DNA of 64,000 bases, from assembly GCA_047495785.1 (NCBI GenBank), contig JBLDXI010000029.1, forward strand, positions 682,001 to 746,000, in the 5' to 3' direction. The stretch comes from Lepidodermella squamata. Lineage: Eukaryota > Animalia > Gastrotricha. A model generated the notes under the pieces. It did no database searches. It saw nothing but the letters and a program-made list of their open reading frames with translations, and was not told where the DNA came from. Position 1 is the stretch's first letter. Every line of letters begins with the position of its first letter. Made by a program: the position numbers and the translations under genes. Below are positions 26,897-38,017 of this stretch, in pieces.

Positions 26897-29357
26897 TTAG
26901 TTTCTCCTGATGATTTTCTTGATCTTAGGTGCGAAAATTATTTGGCAAAGCCCCACTACCACCACAGCAATAACTGAGGTGGCTAAAATTGTCTGGGCGG
27001 GATCTGACCGCTCGCTGAAGAACGCCCATACCGCCACACCAGCAAAAACAATGACGAATGGCAAGGCGTAGGCGATAACCCTCGTCAGAGCATAATCATC
27101 CATCGCTTCAAAAGAGTATTTTCTGAGCGAGAAGGATAGGTAAAGGCTTCTCAGACAAGCCAGGCCGTAAGTAATAAGGATCGCCAAGACAAAACCCAAC
27201 GACTGGCCATCTGATGACATTCGACAAGACCACGAGTTGAATTGGAAAATCAAGCCAAGTTCCTCACCAGATGGCTTTAAAATGCGGGAAATTCTTGCAT
27301 TTTCGAAAGGTGTCACTATAGCCCAAGCTGTGACGATCGATAAATAAATCGCGGACAAAGCCAAGACAATTGCCGCGTATTTGTTTCTCATTGCAGCTGA
27401 AATAGGCGTTGTAATTTTATTGCGAGTGCTTCCCACGCCCCTTTTCGATTGATTACTGGCGAATGCACTGGATGCTGGTCTATCGGGCTCAATGCTGCAA
27501 AAATCAACCATTCGATGGGCAAGCTCGAGCTTCGCGCAAATTGAAAAGTACATTAAACCCACTCCAGGAATAATAAGAAAAGTCGCGCCGGTGCAAAAAG
27601 GTCTCATAAAGCCGGCTAACAGAACGATGAAACCAGTGGCGGTTAAAATATTACCGATAGCTATGAGTTGATTCAGAATTGTCTTCCGCGCAGTTGCGAA
27701 GCCTAATATTCCTGTGATTACGAGTAGCGTCAGAATAGCAATAAGAATCCAGCGAAATATCGATTGATTTCCGTATAACAGCTCCACCTCTACGTCTATG
27801 ATTTTAGGAGCATCCAAAGGAGGTAATCCAGTAGCCGTCCGCCATTTATATGGGTTCAATGTTAGAAACGATCTGGTTTTAGTGTTGAAACTAGCCACTG
27901 CAACTATCTCCAGCCTCGAGGTGGGATCTCTTGCTTCTTTTACGGATTGGTATTGGTAAAAACCGGTAACGCCAGATCTATTGTTCAATCCATCTTGTTT
28001 TGTGGTGCAGAACCCGTCAAAAGCTAAGCTATCTGCTATTCGGCGCATCATCTTATAGATGAATGATCCATTGTGCTGAAATTTTGCTCCGTTCATTGCC
28101 CAATTCAGCAGGGTATCATTTCGAGTCATCAATTCCTCTTCGACTTCATTCAGAATCAAAATAGTTGCCAAAGTTTGGTCGTGCCCTGCAGCTCGGAAGT
28201 AAAACCAGCTACCACTTAGCTCGGGCGATTCGATACGAGCTTTCAATTCGTTATCGAAAGCCGATCCCATCATACCAGTGAAAGTCTTTGTGTTCTTAAA
28301 TGTGTTGATCGGAAAAGCAAAGCTGAAAATTATGAAGGATTGTAAAACATCGTAAATCATCTCATCTGTACAGGTCGCATCACGGAATGGTGTGTTTGGT
28401 AGGAACATGCCGAAGTTTATGACTAGGTAAACATAGCTGGGGCCATAACGCCGGTACCGATGCATCCAACATGCTAAATACGGCCCGAAAGTAGTGTCGA
28501 CTATGACGATTCTTGCTTCAAGGCTTGCCAGTTCCTTTACTGCGTTCTCAAATCCCTCACTACTCGGCATTACTCCAGTAAGAGTAAAGAATTTCACAAC
28601 GCCGCCCATGGTGATGTTTCGATACTCGAGATTTTTTTGAAGAATCAACTCGAACTTGGAAAATACTCGCCTTACTCTCAGAATTATCTTAAAAATGTTT
28701 GACTTACAGGATTGTAAAACCAAAATGATTCGCTGAGTAGGTACACTGTTTTCCAGCCGTTGCTCTCGAGAAAAGCTGGGATTGATTCATGCAAGATTTC
28801 GAAAGAGGGTTCGACGGAATAAAATGCTTCGTAGGTCTTGCGATCTGTGAAAAGAGATAGAATTGGCGTACCCCAAGTGACACCCAAAACATTGTAATGC
28901 TTCAGCATTGGAGCGACGTAACCCGCTATGCCGCAAATTGGACCGCCGATGATTGGCATCAAGGCGTCTGAACTTTTCGCCGCCTCGTTTTCAAGAAACT
29001 TAGAAGCCAAAGTCACACCTTCATTGTCGCACTAAGAAGAAACATCATTTAAAGGGTTTAAATTGTCAACACTATGCTTACAAGATCGTCAGCAAAATCA
29101 AGAGCAATATTGAACTTGTTTATCGTAAGATTTTGGTGGTGCTTGATTGAATCCAATGCCAGTCTCATTGATTCCGTACCCAATGGTCCTAGTGGCAGTA
29201 TGAAGCCGCCGTATGGAAAGAAAGCTTTGATTGCGATGGTTGGTTTCGATGGCTCTGATCTCGAAGCGACGATTTTTGAAGGAGCTGGAGATTCCCCATT
29301 CAGTTTCGCTTCGCTTGATAGTAGCAGGGCGTTCAAAATACCAAAAAATGCAATCAT
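26897..29357 (-). CDS. Divergent class C GPCR, GABA-B-receptor type (Venus flytrap + 7TM), ~785 aa, 3 exons
   Basis: Exons 29357-29082, 29031-28708 and 28654-26897 (50- and 53-nt GT-AG introns, in frame). Signal peptide; ANF-receptor-like motifs (DDLCD, IIGGPIC, DRKTYEAF, GWKTV); no Cys-rich domain; seven hydrophobic helices ending in class-C F-A-P-K-I. Confidence 0.85.
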
Positions 29358-30050
29358 CTGAAATTTGTAAAACAGCTGAAGCTCAGTTATTATCTGAATT
29401 TAATTATGAATCGGGGAACTGCGACTAACCCCTTCTACAAGGTTAAACTTGAAATAGGATATTGCGTAGTTGGGAAGATGACGATAAGAGGATTTGCGCA
29501 GATGAAGGCTTTCCAGTACACTAGCCACATGCATTAAAATACATTCAGTCATTATGCTACCAAAGGACGTAGAATTTTCCCGCGCGCGCTTTTGAACTGA
29601 TCGATTTTTCGCATGCAAAAATACAAATAAAATAGCTTCCTTTTGGTAACATATGGGCGAGCAGTATGTAATATTTTACATTATACAGTCAAAGTTGTCC
29701 TATTTTGGCTACACAACATTCATCGTAGTTATTACTCCCCATTTTTCTTCGCTTTTCTTTGGGATTCCCTTATTCCGTCCATCGGCAGGCTAGTTTTCAA
29801 TTTTCAGCATATTTGAAATAAAATTCGCCTTCACTCTAATTTCAGTCAGTCCTTCCTGCTCAATGGTTTTTGACCTGGTCTGAATCCAGATCTAAGGCGT
29901 TAACCTTAATTAATTTCACGAGAAATTTGATGCTGTAAAGGAGGGGAGGGCAAGGAGAAAAACAAAAAAGAAGCATTAGCCGTAATTTCATTAGCTAGTT
30001 TGGCTTGGAACGAGTTTGACGATAGAGAAATAAGTTTCTAGTAAACAGAA

Positions 30051-32031
30051 TCACTCAACCCCCGAATCTGACTCAGACTCGGTCGTCGACTCCTCCATTA
30101 TATCGACGGAATTTTCTGTCTTCGGAGAACGAAGATAGGCAGAGATGTTAGGAAGATCGCTGATGATGACAGCGGAGGAGGCTGAGCGAGTACACACCAA
30201 ACTAGCAACACGGCACCACGTGTCCTTCGAAATATCATAAGCTTCAACGTGCGAGATGGTGCGTCCATCAGAGTAGCCGCCGATAGCCAACAGCCTATCC
30301 TCCAAAACACCGACCGAAAAGTTGCTTCGAGCTGCTATCATCGAGCCAACCTGAGTCCATGCATTTTGAACGGGATCGTATCGTTCGACTGTATTTACTC
30401 GCTCTCGGCCGTTGAAACCACCTAAGGCGTAAAGACTGCTTTTATAAGCAATTACAGCCAATCCAGAACGACGAGAGTTCATAGGTGCTACTGCAGACCA
30501 TGAGTTTGAAGTTGGTTCGTAGCATTCTACAGAATTTAGACAAGTCTGTCCAGTGAAACCTCCGCAAACATAAATTCGACCATTCAAAGCAGCACTTGCT
30601 GCGTCGCTTCGTTGCGAGCTGAATAAATACAATGTTTCCACATTATGAAAGCTGAAAGATGAGCTTACTTCATTGGAGCTATCAAAGACCATTGGTTTGT
30701 GTTAGGGTTGTATGCTTCAGCTGTATTCTGCCGCACGGAGCCGTCAAAACCTCCAAACGTGTAAATCCGGCCATAAAGTACGGATGCTGTTACGTAGCAC
30801 CGTCTCATGTTCATCGGGGCGACTTCAGACCATTCTCCCGTTACAAGGTCTAGTTTCCGAACTGAGTTAAAGTAGTCAAAACCATTGTAGCCCCCGATCA
30901 TGTAAACGGATTTTCCATCGAAAGAAACACAGCTGTGATATGCGCGTGCCCCGATATCCAGCTTGGTTTCTATTTTGCGCCACGTGTTAGTTCTAGCGTT
31001 ATAGACCTCGATCTAAGGAGATTTAATAAAAAAACCCGGCTGGTTTTCAAAATAAGTCTTACGCTGTCATTGGGTTGACGACTCGTCCAACCACCTAGTA
31101 CTACAACCATTTCATGAGGCGTCCTCATAGTCGAGTAATATCGATCGCAGAATTCGAAGTCCTCAAAATCATCAATCAGCTGGTTGGCATAGCGGACCCT
31201 GTACAGGTTCAAAACAGCAGGATTGCTGCGAATAAACCGATTCTTCTCAATTGACTCTCGGAGAACTTCAAACGGCAAAAGGTCTATCCTAACAGTCGAG
31301 AGGACGTTCAGGGCAAGTTTTTCGTTGGCCTGTCTCGCCCGGTCGTGAGCCATCCATCTGCAAACAGCGGTTAGAACTTGCTCTTCACATTTGCAGTTCA
31401 ACTCGTTATCACGGCAGATTTCAATCAACTCATCGCCAGAAATCTGGAGCCATTCTGCCGAGACAACCGCGACTTCGGTGAAGTTTTTAAGGATATACCG
31501 GTAAGAACAAGCGGCCAAGTCGAAGCAAGCGTAAGATTTGGCATAACGCCAGATTCCGATACAGTTTTCAGCTTCAAGTTGGCTAGCTAAGAAGTCGCAG
31601 CATCGAGCTTTCAAACTGTCTAACATCAAACGGTCAGCAATTGCGAGGAGTTTTTCGACATTCTTCTCAGTTATCATCGCCGTTCGGGTGTAACAGAACG
31701 CCAGCAATGTCTTCATTACTTCTAGAGCTATTCCAGGTAATGAATGTAAATCCTGCGTCGCATGAGTGAACAGAGCGCGGAAAAATGGGCTTGAAACGGC
31801 TAAAACGGTTCGATGGACGCGGAATTTCTCGCCGGTTTCAAGCTGCAGAGTTGCATCGCACAGTGTCCCACTTTCTCGCATCTCAGCTAAGACGAGAAGA
31901 GGGTCAGAGTTTTCCTTGTCGTGCGCAACACTGCCGGATGGGTAGATGGACTCATTACAGCTCAGGGTTTTCGACCGAAACATTTGCAAAGTTTGTTTAT
32001 CAAGTTTTGGAAACGACTTCAAATGTCCCAT
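30051..32031 (-). CDS. KLHL10: Kelch-like protein 10 (BTB-BACK-Kelch), 3 exons
   Basis: Exons 32031-31063, 31012-30669 and 30618-30051 (two 50-nt introns). BTB (LCDATL, HRTVLAVSSPFFRALF), BACK, and kelch repeats with KLHL10-type strings RAYH, YFNSVR, RRCYV, QRSDA, SRRSG, RSNF. Start codon uncertain. Confidence 0.88.
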
Positions 32032-32179
32032 TATCGATTCTGCTAGAAAATTTATTAAGGAGGATTTTTCATTTCCCCTGAGAAAAATCTTAATCTTCCT
32101 TCTTCACCGAGGTTTTATTGATTGCTATACCTATAATTGTAAATGCCATTCAAAATAAGGGGCATAGAGAATATAGACA

Positions 32180-33937
32180 TCAAAGCTGAGTTTCATTACT
32201 AGGCCTTCTAATCCTAGGTGGTAAATCAGGTGGAAAAACTGCAGGCGGGGGCAGCATGATACCAGTTCTCGTCACACCTGACTCAACACGAACTGCTTGA
32301 TCAGGTATCTCCGCATAGTCCGGCTCTTCGCCCTCCGGAATTCGTGTCGAAGGTAGCCAGTCGTACCAGTGATCGTCTAATCCGGCTGAATCATCCGTTG
32401 TTGCTACAATTACCCGGCTGCCTCTTCGCCTCCATATGAGAAAGATAACCAAGAATATTGCGATAAGAATCAGGATGAAAAACACGCCAGAACAAACTGA
32501 AATGATGATAATTGTTTGCTCATCCAGCTGATAGGAACTTTCGATTTGTTCACTTGCAGCAATTGAACAGCCAAGACTAAGAGCATCGAATTCGATAAGA
32601 CCTCTCAAATCCTTGCCACTGAACGGCGGTGGGCTTGCGCATTGGCCGTAAACCTTTTTCTTAGCCTCTGAATTGCGGGCCATGAACAAAATTGTCGAAC
32701 AGTTGCAGAGCAAAGGGTTCCCGGTCAAGTCAAGCTTGTCGATTTGACCCCAGTTATTGCTCGTACTCTCATCCACAACACCTTCAATTTTGTTATTTTG
32801 CAAAAGGATTGTAAAATTACGGGTTCCTGAGGTCCCAGCTACGTTCAAACCCCCTGGCTCAAGTTTAGAAATCAAATTTCCACTAACATCGATGATTACG
32901 GTAGATGAGCCGAATTGAGTAAGACTAGCAACTCCAAGACTGGTTAAATAGTTATTCCGAATCGAAAGATATTCGATGCTGGGTAGAATGGTCGGGAATG
33001 TGCTGATGAAGTTCTGATCGAGATTTAGCCATCGAACTTTCGATAAACCATCAACTGGTAGATTTTGAAGCCCACAATTGGCCAAGTTCAGTTTCTCAAG
33101 GCTTGGGAGCTGACTCGCCACATTAGGTTTAGAGCTCTCAAATCGCAATTTTGGATTGTTTGACAGGTCAAGAGATCTCAGCATTGAATGACTGTTGATG
33201 AAAGCGATATTGGTCAGTTGATTAGAGCCTAAATTGATCGACTCGATTTGTTTAGGGAAAACTTGATCAGATAGAGTAACGATCTTCAAAGCGCAACCGT
33301 GCATGTCGATACGTTTGAGTGAAATCAATTGATTGAAGACGCCATTTGGAATCGACGTAAACGTGAAATCTTCTATTAAGCTGAAAGACTCGAGATTTGT
33401 CAAAAGATTCAACGCATTTTGCTCGATTGTAAAGATTCGCGATCCTTTGAAAGTCAAACCAGCCAGTCGGCCCAACTTTCGGAAAGGGGTACTAGTTACA
33501 ACGTTCAGTCTGAATCCTTCGACCGTAAATTCCGCCAACTCCTGAAGATCTTGTAGGAAATCGACGTTAGATGGAATCATGTCGGCTAGTATCAAAGTTG
33601 AGCCAATGAATAGCTTTTTGAGAGTCTGCTCGAGCCCTCCAAAGGCGTAACGGCTGATCGCTCCATTGCGCAACGGATTCTGCCTTAGATCGATGACTTC
33701 GAGCGCCAGAGGAGCAAAGGCATCGTTGGGTAGAAAGTCGATTGAATTACCCGATAAATCAATATATGAGTATTTGGTTGTTCCAATGTTAGCAAAGCTT
33801 GGGACGTTCGTTAAACCTCGCTTGCTACAATCAATCAGCTGTAAGCTAGGTTTACATTCACATTGAGGTAGAGGGCAGCTCTGAGAATTAGCTGAGTAAA
33901 TGTAAATGATGAAAAGGAACACTGAGAGTTTGTTCAT
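32180..33937 (-). CDS. Intronless single-pass leucine-rich-repeat membrane protein, 585 aa
   Basis: Signal peptide, LRRNT (CPLPQCEC..IDCS.RGL), multiple LxxLxLxxN repeats, LRRCT (NPLLCNC...CASP), TM helix followed by WRRR, and a cytoplasmic tail with DYAEI, Pro-rich motifs and a PDZ-type ETQL end. Confidence 0.92.
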   Translation of the reverse strand: MNKLSVFLFIIYIYSANSQSCPLPQCECKPSLQLIDCSKRGLTNVPSFANIGTTKYSYIDLSGNSIDFLPNDAFAPLALEVIDLRQNPLRNGAISRYAFGGLEQTLKKLFIGSTLILADMIPSNVDFLQDLQELAEFTVEGFRLNVVTSTPFRKLGRLAGLTFKGSRIFTIEQNALNLLTNLESFSLIEDFTFTSIPNGVFNQLISLKRIDMHGCALKIVTLSDQVFPKQIESINLGSNQLTNIAFINSHSMLRSLDLSNNPKLRFESSKPNVASQLPSLEKLNLANCGLQNLPVDGLSKVRWLNLDQNFISTFPTILPSIEYLSIRNNYLTSLGVASLTQFGSSTVIIDVSGNLISKLEPGGLNVAGTSGTRNFTILLQNNKIEGVVDESTSNNWGQIDKLDLTGNPLLCNCSTILFMARNSEAKKKVYGQCASPPPFSGKDLRGLIEFDALSLGCSIAASEQIESSYQLDEQTIIIISVCSGVFFILILIAIFLVIFLIWRRRGSRVIVATTDDSAGLDDHWYDWLPSTRIPEGEEPDYAEIPDQAVRVESGVTRTGIMLPPPAVFPPDLPPRIRRPSNETQL

Positions 33938-34236
33938 TTTTTGTGCGTTTGTTTCAGCTTTTTCCCTAGTATTTCAAGTCCTGGATAAGAGTTGGCGTGT
34001 GCGTCTAGCCAGGTGCGGATGTGTTATCGCGAATTTTTCTTATGAATGGCTTATCTTGTCACGGTCCTTGCGTATTACTCATGATACTCGGCAAGACGGA
34101 AAGCAGTTGTAGGTATTTAATAGCCAAAAACTAAGGGGGATTGAGAAATTAGTGCCTCTACTGGCGCCTTCACAAAAATGCGGCGCGTCTAAATAATTGG
34201 CGTATTCTCACCACATTCAGCATTCAGATGTATCAA

Positions 34237-35079
34237 AACATCGAAACTTTTTCCTTATTTTATTAACCAAATAATAAGGAAGAATAGTAGATTTACTCGA
34301 TCAACTAGACATTCACACATGTTTAGAAATACGTAATCTATGCCACAAAGGGGGACAGCACGAAGTTAATATGAAATATCATGCATTCAGATTTACGCAG
34401 ACCAAGTTAACCAACTTTGAAAGCCAAGTCAGCTTTCAGGTCGCGAAAATGAGGATGCTTGACGGGGAAACGGAGATTGCAATGTCTGCAAGACTCAAAT
34501 CCGATTTGATACACTAGATTGCATCGCTTTTCTGTCAGAGATTCTTCAGTTTTATCTTTGTGATTCAACGTAAACCGAAATTATGTAAGCCTGAAATAAC
34601 GCACAAGCACACACAACTTTGATCGACGAATCGTATAATATCGCCTCTTTTCTGAATCGCGGCACGCCTGGGTAACCCTGTTTTTCATCGACAGTCTTCC
34701 ATATGCTCACCTAGGAGCAAGCGATGAGCTGGTATACCGTGCAGGAAGCTGCCAGCCAGTGCATAGCTGAAACGTAGTCGATTAGCAGAATACGATGAAA
34801 AACAGGGTTACCCAGGCGTGCCGCGATTCATAAAAGAGGCGATATTATACGATTCTTCGATCAAAGTTGTGTGCGTGCTTGTGCGTTATTTCAGGCGTCA
34901 CTGTTCACGCTTACATAACTTCTGCTTGAATGCATGATATTTCATATTAACTTCGTGCTGTCCCCCTTTGTGGCATAGATTACGTATTTCTAAACATGTG
35001 TGAATGTCTAGTTGATCGAGTAAATCTACTATTCATCCTAATTATTTGGTTAATAAAATAAGGAAAAAGTTTCGATGTT
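34237..35079. mobile_element. Foldback/MITE-like element with long inverted arms
   Basis: Outer arms ~34237-34388 / ~34928-35079 and inner arms ~34580-34690 / ~34793-34918 are near-perfect reverse complements. Non-coding. Confidence 0.85.
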
Positions 35080-35765
35080 CCGACTCGTAAATCTCGGGCG
35101 GCTCCGTACAGATATAAACTTTTTACTCATGTCATACCATACAAATATTGCATGATCATGGGTACTAACACTATATTTTTTGAGCGAATGCTATATTTTT
35201 ATCTCACGTATTAAGTTTTATTCAGCCCTATAACATTTAGGAGCATGTTTCACGATGCTTTCGACTTTCGCAACCTCCCGCTGACGGAGCTAAGTGTTTC
35301 GAGCCGCTAAAACGTACTACTAATAAGTCAAACTGAATCAGAGGATGAACTTTCGAATGAATACTTTTCAGGCGAGCCAAAAGCAATCGACGTCAAAGTC
35401 CCACCTGCCAAAACAAATCTTCAGCGTTACCTGTCGATGAAACCTTCATTTTACTTGTTGCGGCCATTGCACTTCTTCAATCATTCTGAAAATGTTCTAA
35501 AATCACCTGACATGAAGACATGAACAGAAATTAACGATTGAAAACCGTGCACTAGTATGAAACCGATGATTACTATTCCTCATACATACCCTAAGCCCTA
35601 AGCAATGAAAACCTTGCGCACGCCTCGTGTGGTGCTCGAAACTCCCATTTGTATTATAATTTGAGAAAAAAAAGACAAATCGATCGTTTGAGGCTTCAGA
35701 TTTTACTAATTATAGATAAATTCTACCACGGTCTCCAACAAAGGACAAAGGATGTTAGCTGCAAA

Positions 35766-37169
35766 TATATGTCGTACCGTCCCTCCCAAAAGGCAATTGG
35801 GATAACTCATGAGGCAATATGCCCAAGTTGGAGATATCAGATATCGCTAAGGACAATAATTGACAGTATCTAGAAACTCCGAATATTTTCTCCTTTCTTT
35901 CTTGTATCCTTAAAAGGCTGCTAACTGATTAAATTCCTAACTCAGTGGGTTGATAGAGATATAATAAAGCTTTCCCGATGTTCAAGCGCCAAAAACTTAC
36001 TAATAGATCATAGTTGGCAGCTGAAACTTTTGCTGAACCTTCCAGGTTCAAGATAACGATCTTAGTTCCGACTGATTTATTTCGTCATCTGAAGCAATTG
36101 ATCAGTCTAAAAAAATCCAACCCCCTAGTTCCCATAAATCGGATTTCATGGAGGTTGAAAGAGTCTCTAGGATAAACTTCTGTGGAAAAAAGGAATCCGA
36201 AATGTCAAACTAGGTGAACCACATACTAGAACTGGGTAACCAGAAATGAAACTGCTAGAGTTGACATCCTTTAAGAACAATTAAATTTGAGTATTATTCG
36301 AAATTTCCAGCCATTAATGCCGAAAAAAAATAATAAGTAGAGCATAGACAACACTGTAACAGATAGGACGCAAACGATCTTCCTATAGTGAATTTATTCT
36401 CTATCCAACGATATAAAATTTGTGCGGTAATTAATTAATTTTGATTTTCCGATATTTTTTGGCTTGAATAACGATTTCTTTTTCATGCAACTTGGACTTT
36501 GGATTATCTCGCCGTGTTGCTTTTTCAGAGTTGTTCGCAGCGAAAAATCGTTATTCAAGCCAAAAAATATCGGAAAATCAAAATTAATTAATTACCGCAC
36601 AAATTTTATATCGTTGGATAGAGACAATTCTCAATATGGATAAACTAATTTTTCTACAATTTTCAAACATTTTCCGGAAGAGCCAACCGTGGCAGAAGAA
36701 TGGCAGATTTGCCGAAAACCAGCAAAAATAGCTGTTTTCACTAAATTCTAGAAAAATAACCATGCGAGCCTACAAGATGTACCTGGGGTCATTCGATAGA
36801 CCCTGAAATCTAGTATTTATCTACCGAAACTTAAAAAATTAGAAAAGGGACTATTCGGTCGGTCGATTTTTGAAATTAAATAAAATTATAATGGGTGGAT
36901 AGGGCGTTGAGTGGCATAAAAAGTGGTCGCGTGCCGCACTCTTTGCAATAACAGCTCGAATAAATTCACTATAGGAAGATCGTTTGCGTCCTATCTGTTA
37001 CAGTGTTGTCTATGACCCCGATTATCGGTCATCGATGTATCGTTTTGGGAAATAATTATTTTGGGAATTACTAATTTGCTTAAAAAGTGGATTTTTAGAG
37101 CTTTGGATTTCTCTTTAAGGTAACCCAATTGCCAATTGGGGCGGATCGCTCATAACGGTACGACATATA
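35766..37169. mobile_element. Older non-autonomous TIR element enclosing the 36343-37014 element
   Basis: Perfect 15-nt inverted ends TATATGTCGTACCGT / ACGGTACGACATATA plus subterminal GGCAATTGGG / CCCAATTGCC. Confidence 0.5.
36343..37014. mobile_element. Non-autonomous DNA transposon with 57-bp perfect TIRs (CATAGAC...GTCTATG) and an internal 80-bp-arm palindrome
   Basis: TIRs 36343-36399 and 36958-37014; inner inverted arms 36398-36477 and 36545-36624. No clear TSD. Confidence 0.85.
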
Positions 37170-38017
37170 CACTGTAAAAAGAAGAGTATTTTTACTAACT
37201 GATATAGTACGTACATCACTGCTCTTGGAGACACCAACTAAAAAGGAGTTGCATTCTTACTTGTGAGACTCTTGTTCCTACATATCACCGTCTTACTACA
37301 TATAAGGAGTCATTTTGAATTGTGTCAAGATAGAACCGTCTTATTAAGAGCGCAGCTCTGCCACATTTTTTCTGTTGACCATTATATCGGTGGCTGTTTT
37401 GATTTGCTTCATCCTGTTTTAATGCTGGTTGAAACGATGTCGGCAGTCAATGATCAATTATGGTGACCTCTATCTGCAAATTCAGGAATAACTTATGCGT
37501 GGCTATCATTTTCATTCCGCCTATATCTTAAGGCATATAAAAGACTATAAAGACTATAAGACTATAAGAATATAAAGTGAAGTATTGATATTCAGGGACA
37601 ATTTTTAAACATGTCTTATCTCGAAAATTTCGTCGAGTATGCAACTAGCCGCTGAAAACTAGCTCATAGGTATATTTAGACTTCTTCAAAATTAGCTTGG
37701 ACGTGGAGTCGTTCGCTAATGATATAATTCTAGCACCTCGCTGTATATCTTGCAAGATAACATTAATATTAAATCTCAGCTTATGCTGTTTTAATGAAAA
37801 CTAATACTGCTTCGGCTAACGTCTTTTCGAGCATTTCTATCCTGCGATAAGCGTTTTCTCGAAGTTCCAGTCTTTCCATCTCTTGAGATGAGCTTCTGAC
37901 GAGCAGCGTTGCGCCCACCGGACAACTGCGATAATTAGCTGAAATTAAGTAGATATCACGTACAAGTTCACATAAATATATGGACGCAAGATATAGCAAT
38001 CAGCGTATTTCCCCAAA

